A stretch of 49,127 bases of DNA from contig JAQGDQ010001295.1 in assembly GCA_030141605.1 (NCBI GenBank), forward strand, positions 1 to 49,127, in the 5' to 3' direction. Position 1 is the stretch's first letter. The number at the start of each line of letters is the position of its first letter. Source of the stretch: Tubiluchus corallicola. Lineage: Eukaryota > Animalia > Priapulida. Position numbers and translations under genes: made by a program. The notes under the pieces are model-generated. The model ran no database searches. It worked only from the letters and a program-made list of their open reading frames with translations, and had not been told where the DNA came from. This document shows positions 27,569-49,127 of the stretch, one piece after another.

Positions 27569-29080
27569 AATGCTGTGTCTAGCTTGTAGGCTTCAATGAG
27601 TTGTTAGTTTCAAGAGAACTACAAAGAAGCAGTGCTGTGTCTAGCTTGTAGGCTTCAATGGGTTGTTAGTTTCAAGAGAACTACAAAGAAGCAATGCTGT
27701 CTATAGTTTGTAGGCTTGAATGAGTTGTTAGTTTCAAGAGAACTACAAAGAAGCAATGCTGTGTCTAGCTTGTAGGCTTCAATGGGTTGTTAGTTTCAAG
27801 AGAACTACAAAGAAGCAATGCTGTGTCTAGCTTGTAGGCTTCAATGAGTTGTTAGTTTCAAGAGAACTACAAAGAAGCAATGCTGTCTCTAGTTTGTAGG
27901 CTTCAATGGGTTGTTAGTTTCAAGAGAACTACAAAGAAGCAATGCTGTGTCTAGCTTGTAGGCTTCAATGGGTTGTTAGTTTCAAGAGAACTACAAAGAA
28001 GCAATGCTGTCTCTAGTTTGTAGGCTTCAATGAGTTGTTAGTTTCAAGAGAACTACAAAGAAGCAATGCTGTCTCTAGTTTGTAGGCTTCAATGGGTTGT
28101 TAGTTTCAAGAGAACTACAAAGAAGCAATGCTGTCTCTAGTTTGTAGGCTTCAATGAGTTGTTAGTTTCAAGAGAACTACAAAGAGGCAATGCTGTCTCT
28201 AGTTTGTAGGCTTCGATGGGTTGTTAGTTTCAAGAGAACTACAAAGAAGCAATGCTGTGTCTAGCTTGTAGGCTTCGATGGGTTGTTAGTTTCAAGAGAA
28301 CGACAAAGAAGCAATGCTGTCTCTAGTTTGTAGGCTTGAATGGGTTGTTAGTTTCAAGAGAACAGCAAAGAAGCAATGCTGTCTCTAGTTTGCAGGCTTC
28401 AATGGGTTGTTAGTTTCAAGAGAACTACAAAGAAGCAATGCTGTCTCTAGTTACCAGGCTTCGATGGGTTGTTAGTTTCAAGAGAACTACAAAGAAGCAA
28501 TGCTGTCTCTAGTTTGTAGGCTTCAATGAGTTGTTAGTTTCAAGAGAACTACAAAGAAGCAATGCTGTCTCTAGTTTGTAGGCTTCAATGGGTTGTTAGT
28601 TTCAAGAGAGCTGCAAAGAAGCAATGCTGTCTCTAGTTTGCAGCCTTCAATGGGTTGTTAGTTTCAAGAGAACTGCAAAGAAGCAATGCTGTCTCTAGTT
28701 TGCAGGCTTCAATGGGTTGTTAGTTTCAAGAGAACTACAAAGAAGCAATGCTGTCTCTAGTTTGTAGGCTTCAATGAGTTGTTAGTTTCAAGAGAACTAC
28801 AAAGAAGCAATGCTGTCTCTAGTTTGCTGACTTCAATGAGTTGTTAGGTTCACCCAAAACCTACTAAAATATACACAGTGTTCTGCATCCTAGACAATGC
28901 TGTCTGTAGTTTGTAGGCTTCAATGAGTTGTTAGTTTCAAGAGAACTACAAAGAAGCAATGTTGTCTCTAGTTTGCACGCTTCAATGGGTTGTTAGTTTC
29001 AAGAGAACTACAAAGAAGCAATGCTGTCTCTAGTTTGCAGGCTTCAATGGGTTGTTAGTTTCAAGAGAACTACAAAGAAG
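27569..29080. repeat. 62-bp minisatellite, about 24 copies in two blocks
   Basis: Unit aatgctgtctctagtttgtaggcttcaatgggttgttagtttcaagagaactacaaagaagc; the 48-bp left flank (27521-27568) recurs inside at about 28848-28896. Confidence 0.97.
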
Positions 29081-30789
29081 TAAACTGTACCAGTTGTTAA
29101 AAAGCAATGAAAACGTGTAAGATTAAAACACAAAAACAAAAGTTTTAAAACATTTCAAAATTTTGCAACTGATGTATCAGTGTAGGCATGGTTCATAATT
29201 AGTAATTATCATAGCTTATTTGTGTGCGTATGTCAAGTTGCCGTTACCATGAATTTGAGACTTTCTACTGATGTATTGATGTATTATTTTCCAGTAAAAA
29301 GGGCCTTGCATATTGGGATTTGCGTTTAGAAATCCTTTTTGATTGGACGGTACTTTTATCTGCCGTTTTAAGTGGAGCTTTATAATGAGTGAGGCACTTG
29401 TTTGTCATATTTGAACTTCTATTGTTATTTGTTCTTGAGAATTCAGAATATAAATAAACAAAATATTTATTCAAGAATAGAGACCTACAAGATCGCAGTT
29501 TGTGGCCTTGAAGTGTTTGTGGGGGAACATAACTGTACGTGTAATTCAATGTAAGTCATTGTGATTTATGTGACATGGCGTCGCCCCGGCGCTTAGGAAA
29601 TAATTACACAAGAAGTCAACCATTACAACTGTTTAATAGAGTTAAGGGATGAGGATGGAAATTCATCTTCCTCAACCTCCCGGGAGGATCGCCGTGCGTA
29701 ATTATTTCAGCAATTTACTTGCGAATCGTTCGCCGGGTGTGTTGACTAATAATTGAACTCTGGTCACTCATTACCACTGGTCAACTATTGGAAGCCGGAC
29801 ATTCGCATTCACATGCTGTTTCTCATAAACTAGTCAATATCGTAGAAATATGGTCGCTTATGAACAGCTGTGATGACGTCATTAAATGATTTTTGCAAAG
29901 TGGCTTAGTTGATTACTGGCTTGGGGCAGGAACACGTCAAAGCTTATGTGGTTTTGGCACAATATTATGTAATCACCGCTATCAGCTATTCCTACATCAC
30001 AAAGTTATAAATCAAATCAGGTTATTCATATCCAATAATACAATAAACGAATTGTCTCTTCCTAAGAGAATTAAACACTTAAAATTGGTCAAGCGATACA
30101 GATTGCTTGCCTTTTCCAATATTTCTCATAATAGCATAACGGCACCAAGGACAATTTGAAATAATATGTCAAGCACGCTGTGTGAAAAACCCACGTGGTA
30201 TCATAAATTTTTGCCTGTCACCTTCAAAACACAATATTCAAACTTCAAGAACGTTGTAGCAAATAAGATTGAAAGTGGGATGAGATGAAATAGCGTGACA
30301 ACATAAATTGATAGGACAAAAACTATTATACTGCATGTAAGTAATAATAGGACACCTCTGCAAAGCTTGCAACAGATCTAAAACAAGTGCACACTACACA
30401 AGCAGAGTTTTACAATTTACATGACCATGGACCATGAATTGTGGGCCATGAACTCTGACCCATAAAGTCAGTTTAACTTTATGATCGTTTACCAACGTCT
30501 CAAGTGTCTAAGTTTCTAAGCGTACCTAATATGATTTCGAAAATTATCTTCAAGTGAAACTTCAGTTCGACTCAATTTCGAAAATCAGATTCCGATTACA
30601 TTCGGATTCAAAATTTTCTGATTCGTTCGTGTTGATTTTCTTTCTGATTCCTTCCCTGAAGACATTTTAGCTGCCAGTCGTTAGATTACGTACATAAAGA
30701 AATGAAAGTTTACACACATTTATGGTATACAACAGGACAGTCATTGTGTAGTCACCACTTTAGTCATTTTTGTTCGTACAGCTACATCA

Positions 30790-31094
30790 GTAAGTAAGTA
30801 AGTAAGTAATTTTTTTATTTTTCTCCTTAAATTTACAATAATTTGACAATAAATACACAAAAATACTAACGAACATGGGAGAAAGGGTGGTGAAAAACCA
30901 AAGTTATCGAGTCAACCACCCTTCTCAGAAAGACAGTAAACAAAAAGACGGTAATGACAGCAGACACAACTCAATTAGAAAATACATAAACGTCCATAAA
31001 TACAAATATAAAAACAAAAATACAACAACAGCTAGAAAAAACAAAACCCAAAACCAGTCGTTCCTAAATATAGTCAAACATTAAACATAATTAT
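30790..31094 (-). mobile_element. LINE 3' UTR fragment (L2/Crack-like)
   Basis: Minus strand: stem-loop aagggtggttgactcgataactttggtttttcaccaccctt, then AATAAA and a (TTAC)n tail. Confidence 0.5.
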
Positions 31095-32617
31095 ATTTGA
31101 AACGCAGAAAGACGTTATTCTGTAATAATATAACTGCACTGAAATGTACTATTTTACACGTTTATTCTGTGTAATAACATTCCATGTTTTAAAACATAAT
31201 TAATAGCAACAAAATAACTGTTTAATTAGAAAAAACACACACTATAGATAAGAGCAAGAGGTGCAATCCGTCCAGCAACGCAATACACATAAAAGAGTTT
31301 CCGTTTATTTGCAAAACACTACACGTCTCCAGCACCAAATGCTCATCACATTAAATGCTCAAAATGTCTTCTTACAAGATTATTTCTTTCTCAGCACAGT
31401 GGTCTATCAGGATCTGTTCGCTACAATAAGGGGTTACTCCTAGCCAATCAGTTGCATGTCATATTCAATGAATTTCTTGCCCAGATGATCGTTATTTGCT
31501 TTCTGGCTCTCTACTATGTTAGATCTATTAACGGTCATTCATTAACCCCCTGTGGTTGTCACAAAATACAGATTGGACACTGCTAGGACACGCTTTTGTA
31601 TGAGCTACTTCCTTGATCATCAATTTTGTTGTCCGGTTTCGTTCGAATTGACCCATCGCCTTGACATAGGAAGCAAAAATGTACAAGAATTAGTTTGATA
31701 TTAAAACTTAACTAAATGTGGGTGTGTAACATTAATAATAATGATCCTGACATTAAGACTATAATAATTAATTAATCGCCTACGCAAATTCCGTGCTCAT
31801 AATTAATCAAAATAAAAAAAGCTAATTAGTTAGAATCATTCTAGTGTGAGCAATCTAAATATTGCAAATGGTGAATTTGGTTGGCCAGCTATAACTGTCG
31901 AACTTTGAATTGCCCTGACCTTTGCACTTGGGGAGTACTGGTCTAGCGGTCTAAGGCAACTACAATGTAAGCCAAAGGTTCCTGGTTCAAATCCAAATTA
32001 ATTTCACCTTTTTCACATTTCCGGTGTTCAAACTTAATACGAAAATGTAACTAATTGTAGGTTTGTAATATGAAAAGTTAACCCATATTTGTATTATCTA
32101 CATGTAGATGGCACAACGTGTTTTTCAGCGAGAAACATTTTTGTTCATAATAATTTTCTTAATAACATTTCGCCATTTCATCATTTTCTCCGTTCGGTGG
32201 TTTTTTGCGTAAATTTGCTTGTCTTCGCTGCCTGTAATTTGATTACTGCAGTACATTGACTGCAAATGACATCGAGGGAATTAGATTTGTGTTTACATTA
32301 TGAATATATGAACAAGTAACAATATTTTCCACTTCTATTTGCATCAGACAGAGCCAATAAAGCAAGAGCATTTGGTGCTCGAGACGTGTAGTGTTTTGCA
32401 AATAAACGGAAACTGTTTTGTGTGTATTGCGTTGCTGGACTGATTACGCCTTTTGCTCTTATCTATAGTGTGTGTTTTTTCTAATTAAACAGTTATTTTG
32501 TTAATATTAATTATGTTTTAAAAACACGGAATGTTATTACACAAAATAAACTTGTAAAATAGTACATTTCAATGCAGTTATATTGTTGCAGAATAACGTT
32601 TTTTCTGCGTTTGAAAT
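31095..32617. mobile_element. About 1.5-kb element bounded by 250-bp inverted repeats (foldback/MITE-like)
   Basis: 31095-31344 is the reverse complement of 32366-32617 (about 19 differences in about 250 bp by hand count); no TSD recognised. Confidence 0.75.
31930..32013 (+). pseudogene. tRNA-derived Pol III promoter cassette (tRNA pseudogene or SINE head)
   Basis: A box TGGTCTAGCGG, B box GGTTCAAATCC at tRNA-like spacing, T5 at 32009-32013; acceptor and anticodon stems do not pair properly. Confidence 0.6.
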
Positions 32618-32656
32618 CTTTGTCTGAAGTCGTCTAAAGTATTTAGAGGTTAGGGT

Positions 32657-32880
32657 GGTTCGTGTGCTTATCGAACAAAGTTAAACAACGCAGAGCCTGA
32701 CCACTAAAGGAATGGGTGACCACCTAAAAGTGTTGTTGGGTTTCAAATGCTGCACTGTCACGGGGTATTTCTCTCGTTACGGGAGGATGTACGTGGACAG
32801 TTTTAAAGGTGGCTGAGAAACCTCTGCTGGTTCAGTGTCTCATCTCGGTAGAGTCCTGGACAATGAACTGTAAATCGTCA
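32657..32880 (+). mobile_element. Degenerate 5S rRNA-derived SINE relic
   Basis: aagttaaacaacgcagagcctg...aatgggtgaccacct (32678-32725) matches the 5S A-box to C-box region; downstream body unrelated to the 10125 element; 3' limit uncertain. Confidence 0.55.
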
Positions 32881-33189
32881 GCAGTAAGTAAGCGCGTTTT
32901 TATTGATAAAATAGCGTATCTAATATCTGGGGCTGTGGAACTACCATCGTTCTGCTAAATACTAAATATGACTGCAACTGAATAACTGGTAACTTGTAAG
33001 AGGCAACTGTGATAGATGAATTACGTAAATAAAAATATTAGTTCATATGTAGTGGGCACGATATATATATATATACTACTGTTTACAATGCACAAAGTAA
33101 AAATCATACTAAAAATTTGATATTGATTCATACACGTAGTACATTTTCTGATGTTCATAGCTTGTTTGTATGTCAGTCTTTCGTCTTGT

Positions 33190-33362
33190 GAGTGGCCAAC
33201 GAAAAACCTTGATTTGAGCTACCGGCCACCCCCACGGCAAGCGCAATGCATTCAGTTCAGCGTGCGCAGTGAATAGCCTGCTAAGCGCTTCACACAACAG
33301 TACTAGCTGTGCGTGCTGGGATGCTGATGAAAGGATGCTGATTCAGAGCTGCAGCATCCCAG
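33190..33362 (+). promoter_or_regulatory. Candidate robo core promoter / first non-coding exon
   Basis: Locally GC/CpG-rich patch about 400 bp upstream of the ATG, with Inr-like TTCAGTT at 33251 and a possible donor CAG/gtagag at 33362/33363. Inference only. Confidence 0.35.
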
Positions 33363-33709
33363 GTAGAGAGGTGCAGTGTCACTAGTGTATTGATTTGCTA
33401 TGCGAATTACTTGACTTCTGTTATGTAAGGATAATCGTGCGTGATATAGACTTGTTATGTATGACTGTTAGTGTGAGTGAACCCATTGAAGAATTACTAG
33501 TAGAGCTGACAGAATACTGCAAGTTGTGTTGTGCAAATTTCTGTGCTGAAAGTTGTGCTTGTATATTTGCACAGTATCAAAAAATCTAGTTAAAACGTGT
33601 GAATTTTGCTATCAGTGCAAATCACCATTGTCGTCATCATCAGTGTTGCTAGTTATTGTCATGTTCGTCATCAAGGAATGTGCATAGTTATCAGAGGATT
33701 ACATTTGCA

Positions 33710-44652
<10,943 letters not shown>

Positions 44653-44959
44653 GTAAGTTGCTTTGTCGTGTAGAGAGGGGTATTTAGCTAGTTAAATTTT
44701 GCAATTAAGCTCATGACTGCAACAGAAATAGGAAAATATCAAAGAGTTATTTAAGAAAGTAGGAAAAGCGAAGTGCAAGTTCCAGAAATAATGATGGTCT
44801 TGCCAAAGCCTTCCCATTGCACTTACCTGGAGGAAAAGTACTGTTTGCACCAAGATTCATAAATAAAATGGTTCAAAACAGACTAGCAGAGAGCCATTAT
44901 TAATTCATACAACTTCAGCCGTGTGAAGCCTGTTCCACTATTGTATGATGGTCGAATTA

Positions 44960-45430
44960 CTCAGGCCAAACCGGATTTCGTTCATTTTTTATTGTGTCGG
45001 TTTTCTGATATGAGTGGCGCGGGGTATAGCGCGCCCCCCTTGGTGAGGGATACGACTGAAGTCCTCAACGGTTTGTCAGGCGGACGAGGAATCTTCCACT
45101 CCCAACGGCTGTAAAAGCGGATGAAGGCACCCAAGCACAAGGGCAGCAGCTTGTGTGGATGATGGTTCATGGCGTGCAAGGCTGGCAACTCGTCTTCTGG
45201 CATGGCATGGCTCATCGAGAAGCTAGTAGTTCATTTTGCCGATTCGGCCTGTTTTCTGGTTGTCTTCACTGCGGTGCAACAGATTATGAGTGCGGCCGTC
45301 GTGTTTCTTCATGCCGCCGATCTACACTCTATCTGCCAAGTGGAGGTGGACTTTGCGCGGCCATCTCTTCTCGCGCGCAAGCGTCTCAGTGCTAATTCTT
45401 TCTCCATGATGATGACTAGTCGTGGATAAG
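44960..45430 (-). mobile_element. GC-rich repeat remnant, possibly Helitron/Helentron-derived
   Basis: Abrupt GC rise; broken Arg/Glu-rich frame (MEKELALRRLRARRD...RRHEETRR) and GC hairpin ggcgcg-ctataccc-cgcgcc near the minus-strand 3' end; no CTAG terminus seen. Confidence 0.3.
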
Positions 45431-46839
45431 AGATGGTTTCATGGACATCTGACTCGCACTGATTTAGCCGTATCGGCTTCGACGTTGTACTGTACGGTTT
45501 TCTGGTAAAACTGTGGCATAGTCCATTATTACGTGACAAATTCTTACGAACAATACTTTTTTGTATTTTTTTCCAGTTCAATTCACCCATTTCAATTCAA
45601 ATATAATTTATTTCTTCATTCACCCAGTGACTGATAAACGCTAATGAGAATCTTGAGTTTGAAATGGTGCCTTTCCCGTGTAGGGAAACATTTTTGTTTT
45701 TCATTCGAGTCAGTCTGGCGTGGTTGTGGACTATAATTTCCCAAAGTTGTGTCAGTGTGCTAGTTCTGTTGTTTCCATAGTGATCATGAATTTAATTCCG
45801 AAACTTTTCAAACCTTAAAGTACTATACTAAAGTTTGGATACTTATTCTTATTCTTTTTCGTTATGTATTACGGTTTAGACTGCGGCTACGGTGAATTCC
45901 TTAATAAAACCTCCACGGGGGATAGGTCTGCTGTATTGGCGTTCTAACACACCCCCCCCCCTGCGTATCCCTGGAGGTGATAAACAATACCACCGCCATA
46001 TACTTAATAAATGATTAATCATTTGCAAATTCACGAAGCCAGACGCACTGTACATCTGGCAGTGTATCGTGTTACTGAGTGTATAGATCTTTACCCATTC
46101 ACTCGTCCAGACTTGTTAGCTTATTGCTGTATTATTTGCACTATTATCATAAGCGTGTACCCATGTTCGCAAACTAAACTTGTTTCTTTGCATGAAAAGT
46201 CGGAAAATTGCTCGCTATGTGATCTTATCTTTGCTTTGCATTAAGTTTTCACCATTCCAGAAAGAAACTATTCTTTACGTGCTCAAAATTACCTCTGACT
46301 ACTAGCGTACAGTTATGAATTTCGTTATACTGTGACCACGTTGTTAAAATTCCGTTCATATTTGCGTAAAAAAACTTTGATTGAATTTCGAAGATTTCCG
46401 CTGATTTGTTGCGTATCAATTTGCAAGTGTTTCGGAGCGTAACATAATCGCGCGTGGGGGGGGGGGGGGTTGCAAACTGCTCAAGTCTTTTGCGATGATC
46501 TTATCGTACTTTTGAGTCATTCTCAGCTTCTCCATCATGATCAGTGTCATTTAAGTTTTATCACCAGGCGACATGGTTTTCATGACTCATGTGTCAGCCT
46601 CGTCGTTGTACTTGTGTGCAAGCATTCTTCATATGCCGTGCTGTTATTTTTGGCTTCAAAATGCACGAATTATTTTGTATTTCGTTGAGCCCTTCGACTG
46701 GGTTGCCTGCAACAACCATCCGGTAACTCATATTAGAAAATTTGGCCGTTTTCGAACAACCGAATCTTTAATTGTAAATTTTTATCTCATGATACATTCG
46801 CACAGTTAAGATCAAGAGTAAAGCGTATTTGCCAAACAA

Positions 46840-47199
46840 GGCCTTTTCACAGTTCCCGCGATTGATAATGGTGGTGAAAAGGTCAAAGCTAAGGTATACC
46901 CAACAATGCATTTATGTATACTTGACAACGCGTCGCAGCCCATGTTATTGTAATAGTAACTGTTTTAATAGCTAGCTAGAACCTCACCTAGTTCATTTTT
47001 TCTTGTTTCCAAGCACGATCCTGGTAGTAAATCACTCTACGCACAGACTATTGCAGACTAAAACAACTGAAGTTACTGAACTGATGCCGCAGACGGGTTT
47101 GCTTCACCCGCACGGTTATAGTTAAGACCGGGTGCTGTGGTACACTTAACCTTTGACCTGTAGCAACTGGTGTGTGCACAATGAAACTGTGACAAGGCT
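46840..47199. mobile_element. MITE with TIR GCCTTTTCACAGTT (copy 2)
   Basis: TIR gccttttcacagtt / aactgtgacaaggct; shares gctagctagaacct..cctagttcattttttcttgtt and aaaacaactgaagttactgaactgatgc with 19347-19719. Confidence 0.8.
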
Positions 47200-47502
47200 A
47201 ATTGCTTTATGCTATTGATACATCGTCTACACCATGTAATTTATCGGTTGCTTCAAAAGTTCGCTGTGCCAATTTTTATATTTATCAACTGCAATGACGA
47301 TTTTTTTTATACATTTATATTATTTTTGCTGCGTTTATTTTTAATTGTGCAGACTTAGCTTATATTTATAGTGCATAATATATATAATACTCTTGTTCTT
47401 CATTCTCGTATTTACATAATTTTATAAAACTTTTACTTGACCGCTGAAATATATGTTTTTAGCGTTATTTCGCCTCTCTACTCTTAAGAAATTTAAGTGC
47501 CT

Positions 47503-47976
<474 letters not shown>

Positions 47977-48336
47977 AAATTTTCCAATCCCATTATTTCC
48001 CTGCGTTTTCTAATTATCGCTCTACTTTTCACAAACTTGTTGACGGTCCATTTCAGAGAATAATGAAAGATCTTATTTGCTCAATGAGTTTTCTTGGTTT
48101 TTCTCAATGAAACGGCGCGCATATTTCTCATACGTTCTTATTGACTTTTAATGCGTTCGATTAAATCCTGCGATTCGTGTCGCAACGGGCAAATATTTGA
48201 CGTGTTTAACTCACCAGGTCCGAATCTATCAATATATGTTTACGTTTAAACATACCCGGGTATTGCACGTATGAATGGCTATAATGATTTGTGGGTTTGG
48301 GTGATCCATCGAAAATTTGGCAGGTTTACTATCGGG

Positions 48337-48533
48337 CAGGGCCTATTTCAGGGGGGGAGTGGGGATACTTCCCCGGGGCCTCACCCTCCAGGTAACATTT
48401 TTTTGTTTTGTGCGAACATACTGCCTCCTCTCTCCTCCTCTCTCTCTGTTGCCGCACGCACTACGCCCCCCCCTCCGAGGGGGCCTCACACGCCCCACTT
48501 CCCCGGGCCTCGCTTAGGCTCAAATAGGCCCTG
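48337..48533. mobile_element. Non-autonomous hAT-type MITE
   Basis: TIR CAGGGCCTATTT...AAATAGGCCCTG, G/C-run-rich interior, degenerate 8-bp TSD CTATCGGG/CTATCAGA. Confidence 0.8.
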
Positions 48534-49127
48534 CTATCAGATATTCAAACACACAAACGGCTTAGGTAGCGCTAGTGTTTCTGAATAATTAACCAATTTA
48601 TACACTAAATAGACAATTGGTTAACAATCGAGATACAGTAGCAGTAGCAGGTTCTGTTGTCTCATTGGTCAGTTATGCATTTGTATAAAGACGGTAACGG
48701 TTCCGGTGGGAGTTAAAATTTTGTTTGCATTTAGTTATCTGACGCCATTGAGAAGTAAAATTAAATTTACTCAAAATGAATACTAATTTCTCAACTCGAG
48801 ATTGATTTGTATGACAAATTGCGTTGCTGAAATTTAAAGCAGCTTCCTAGAACAAAACTACTCTCTTCAAACAATTTAGTAGCTGTGCTCTTTTAGGGCT
48901 CTTCCGAACTTCACACATGCTTTGTTCTATCTAATCCATTTTAATTTTACTGTAATAGGCGAATAACTAACAAAATTACAGTAACTTGATCAGAACGTTT
49001 TCCCTTTCGCAAATCTGGAAGTTCTGGAAACTTATGCATGCAGTTGAGCCCCCTTTTGTGGTTTAGTCATGAATGTTTGACGCTTTAAACAAAGTTGAGG
49101 TTGGACGTTTCCTGGAACGTGGTTCTC

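Noticed and set aside
27609-27617. TTCAAGAGA, the common synthetic shRNA loop, in every 62-bp unit
   Set aside because: Flanking stem is only 4-7 bp and no vector, U6/H1 promoter or T5 terminator is present; treated as coincidence, not contamination.
27569-29080. CRISPR-like array with leader
   Set aside because: Units are contiguous near-identical repeats with no unique spacers, and there are no cas genes; eukaryotic minisatellite. The same applies to 4041-4760.
31930-31995. Functional tRNA gene
   Set aside because: A and B boxes present, but acceptor and anticodon stems do not pair.

Overview
AT-rich, repeat-dense animal (probably invertebrate) genomic DNA; almost all ORF-track entries are microsatellite artefacts. 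Two spliced genes lie on the + strand. (1) The last eight coding exons (1727-15332) of a receptor-type guanylyl cyclase of the natriuretic-peptide-receptor (NPR1/NPR2-like) family: kinase-homology end, dimerisation helix and the whole class III cyclase domain. Its guanine-specifying Cys (RYCLFG) is replaced by Thr (RYTLFG). (2) The 5' end of a Roundabout (robo) gene: a signal-peptide exon (33710-33776) and an exon for most of Ig1 (44424-44652). The most striking non-coding element is a retroposon at 10125-10677: a full-length 5S rRNA copy fused to a bipartite RTE-LINE-derived body that still encodes the RTE C-terminal SRIxLxSHSRRC motif. A head-less copy starting at the same junction lies at 43648-44087, and a deleted copy at 42520-42647. 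The body carries a repeated, co-varying RNA stem-loop module. Also present: hAT, Tc1/mariner and TTAA (Kolobok-like) DNA elements, several LINE 3' ends, older 5S- and tRNA-derived relics, a 250-bp inverted-repeat element upstream of robo, 55-bp and 62-bp minisatellites, and very long (CAG)n, (CT)n and (GA)n/poly-G tracts. All calls are from manual reading; no database searches were run.
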